Origin: Clostridia bacterium
GTDB lineage: Bacteria > Bacillota > Clostridia > Oscillospirales > CAG-272
Direction of reading: 5' to 3'
Assembly: GCA_017398595.1 (NCBI GenBank)
Contig: JAFQFR010000020.1
Coordinates: forward strand, 9,196-73,195
Length of the DNA stretch: 64,000 nt
Numbering within the stretch: the stretch's first letter is position 1; every line of letters begins with the position of its first letter. Positions 63,172 through 64,000 of the stretch are shown piece by piece. A program made the position numbers and the translations under genes. Below the pieces are notes generated by a model that saw only the letters and a list, made by a program, of their open reading frames with translations, ran no database searches and was not told the origin of the DNA.

Positions 63172-64000
63172 ATGGTCATCAACGCATTGGACGAAGTACT
63201 CTTTTGGCAGGACATTGCCGTTATCCACGAGGTCATACAAGATCTTACGGCAAAGTACCATCCGCACGATCCGCAAAGTTACTTTGCAGAGAAAAAGCAA
63301 TTCTTACAAAAGACGATCCCGACAAAAGCAGACTTTCTTCGCCGCTTAGAACACTATGCGGAAAATGGCACGCCAACATGGATCTCAGGACGAACCGACT
63401 ACTGTGATGATTTAGGGATGAATGCGCTCAAAAAGGCAATACATTTCAGCACGCCGGAAAACGGTGAACAAAAATCAGCAAAAGCTGAAAGTGTCCTTGC
63501 GCGCGATCCTGCATTTTGGACGCAGTATGCAAATGAAATCCTAAGCAAAGACAAAAACACCGTTTTGGAAATGACCATCGGTGCGGGACTTGGAACCACA
63601 GCGATCCTGCGCCAGATGCGACCTGCAGACATGTATTTCGGCGTTGACATCGATTTTAGATGCGCAAAGAATGCGGACGCGCTGGCAAGGCATTATCAGG
63701 TAAACGGTTTGGGAATAACGGCTTCGCTGTGGAACCTGCCTTTTGATGACAATACTTTTTCTACCATCTGCTCCAACCAAGGGCTTGAAGAGTGTCGCGA
63801 GATTCCCACGATTCTCGCCGAGTCGGTGCGTGTCCTGCAGCCCGGCGGAAAGCTGGTTTTACACTGCTTGAAAACGTCACATTGGGTACGTTACTTTACG
63901 GATTACGGCTTTTCTGACGCAGAAATCTACGATTGGCTGTGCCGTCTGCGGGTGTATGCAGGCATAGAGCAAATTGATGCGATCCTGCTTACACAAAGCA
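63172..64000 (+). CDS. Class I SAM-dependent methyltransferase (3' end beyond window)
   Basis: Not in the ORF track because there is no stop. My translation from ATG 63172 (AAGGGGG RBS; TTGTTC-17-TATAAT upstream) gives MVINALDEVLFWQD...VLEMTIGAGLGTTAIL (motif I)...VLQPGGKLVLH. Confidence 0.7.
   Translation, partial: MVINALDEVLFWQDIAVIHEVIQDLTAKYHPHDPQSYFAEKKQFLQKTIPTKADFLRRLEHYAENGTPTWISGRTDYCDDLGMNALKKAIHFSTPENGEQKSAKAESVLARDPAFWTQYANEILSKDKNTVLEMTIGAGLGTTAILRQMRPADMYFGVDIDFRCAKNADALARHYQVNGLGITASLWNLPFDDNTFSTICSNQGLEECREIPTILAESVRVLQPGGKLVLHCLKTSHWVRYFTDYGFSDAEIYDWLCRLRVYAGIEQIDAILLTQS

Overview
This looks like a chromosomal window from a moderately GC-rich Firmicute, probably Clostridia. 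The evidence is an SLH-anchored giant surface protein, a class B PBP with two PASTA domains, HPr, and a tmRNA tag reading ANDNVALAA. All family calls come from motifs I read in the ORF translations; no database search was possible. Layout: (1) 1-11.6 kb, a minus-strand dcw cell-wall/division cluster: mraZ-rsmH-ftsL-like-PBP-murE-murF-like-mraY-ftsW-murG-ftsQ. The ftsQ 5' part is not in the ORF track because it runs off the window. (2) 11.8-17.2 kb, an acyltransferase plus two tandem paralogous secreted stalked proteins. (3) 17.4-26.9 kb, housekeeping genes: coaD, rsmD, uvrC, ptsH, two DUF4330-like genes, a Wzy/O-antigen-ligase-like gene translationally coupled to trmD, rimM, smpB, an esterase and ssrA. 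(4) 26.9-46.2 kb, an accessory region. It starts with a duplicated ssrA 3' end and a phased heptamer array, then a GNAT gene, a heterodimeric ABC exporter, a 2256-aa GLUG/Listeria-Bacteroides-repeat/SLH protein, TetR, an FAD-Rieske oxidoreductase, a lipoprotein and three more secreted beta-helix-like proteins. (5) 46.2-59.5 kb, carbohydrate-type genes (clan GH-A-like hydrolase, DUF5107/TPR giant, sugar-binding-fold/LuxR hybrid regulator), an SDR, a Na/Pi-PhoU transporter, an HD protein, topB and an unknown 684-aa protein. (6) 59.7-63.0 kb, an L-box (lysine) riboswitch controlling dapA-dapB-lysA, followed by a partial methyltransferase. The most interesting observations are these. Four secreted proteins of three unrelated architectures share a tripartite C-terminal tail (GG[AS]N, a TM helix, then KKKK), which resembles a sorting signal, and no cognate enzyme is in the window. 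A roughly 140-156 bp three-hairpin repeat occurs as an inverted pair bracketing an 11.5-kb surface-protein block, and one copy is flanked by a perfect 42-bp duplication of a terminator hairpin. A 179-nt nested palindrome shows compensatory hairpin changes. There is an ssrA-associated integration scar with 20-bp phased GTGAAAT repeats. The Mur ligase in the murF slot is strongly divergent. No rRNA, tRNA, CRISPR array, transposase or integrase gene was seen.
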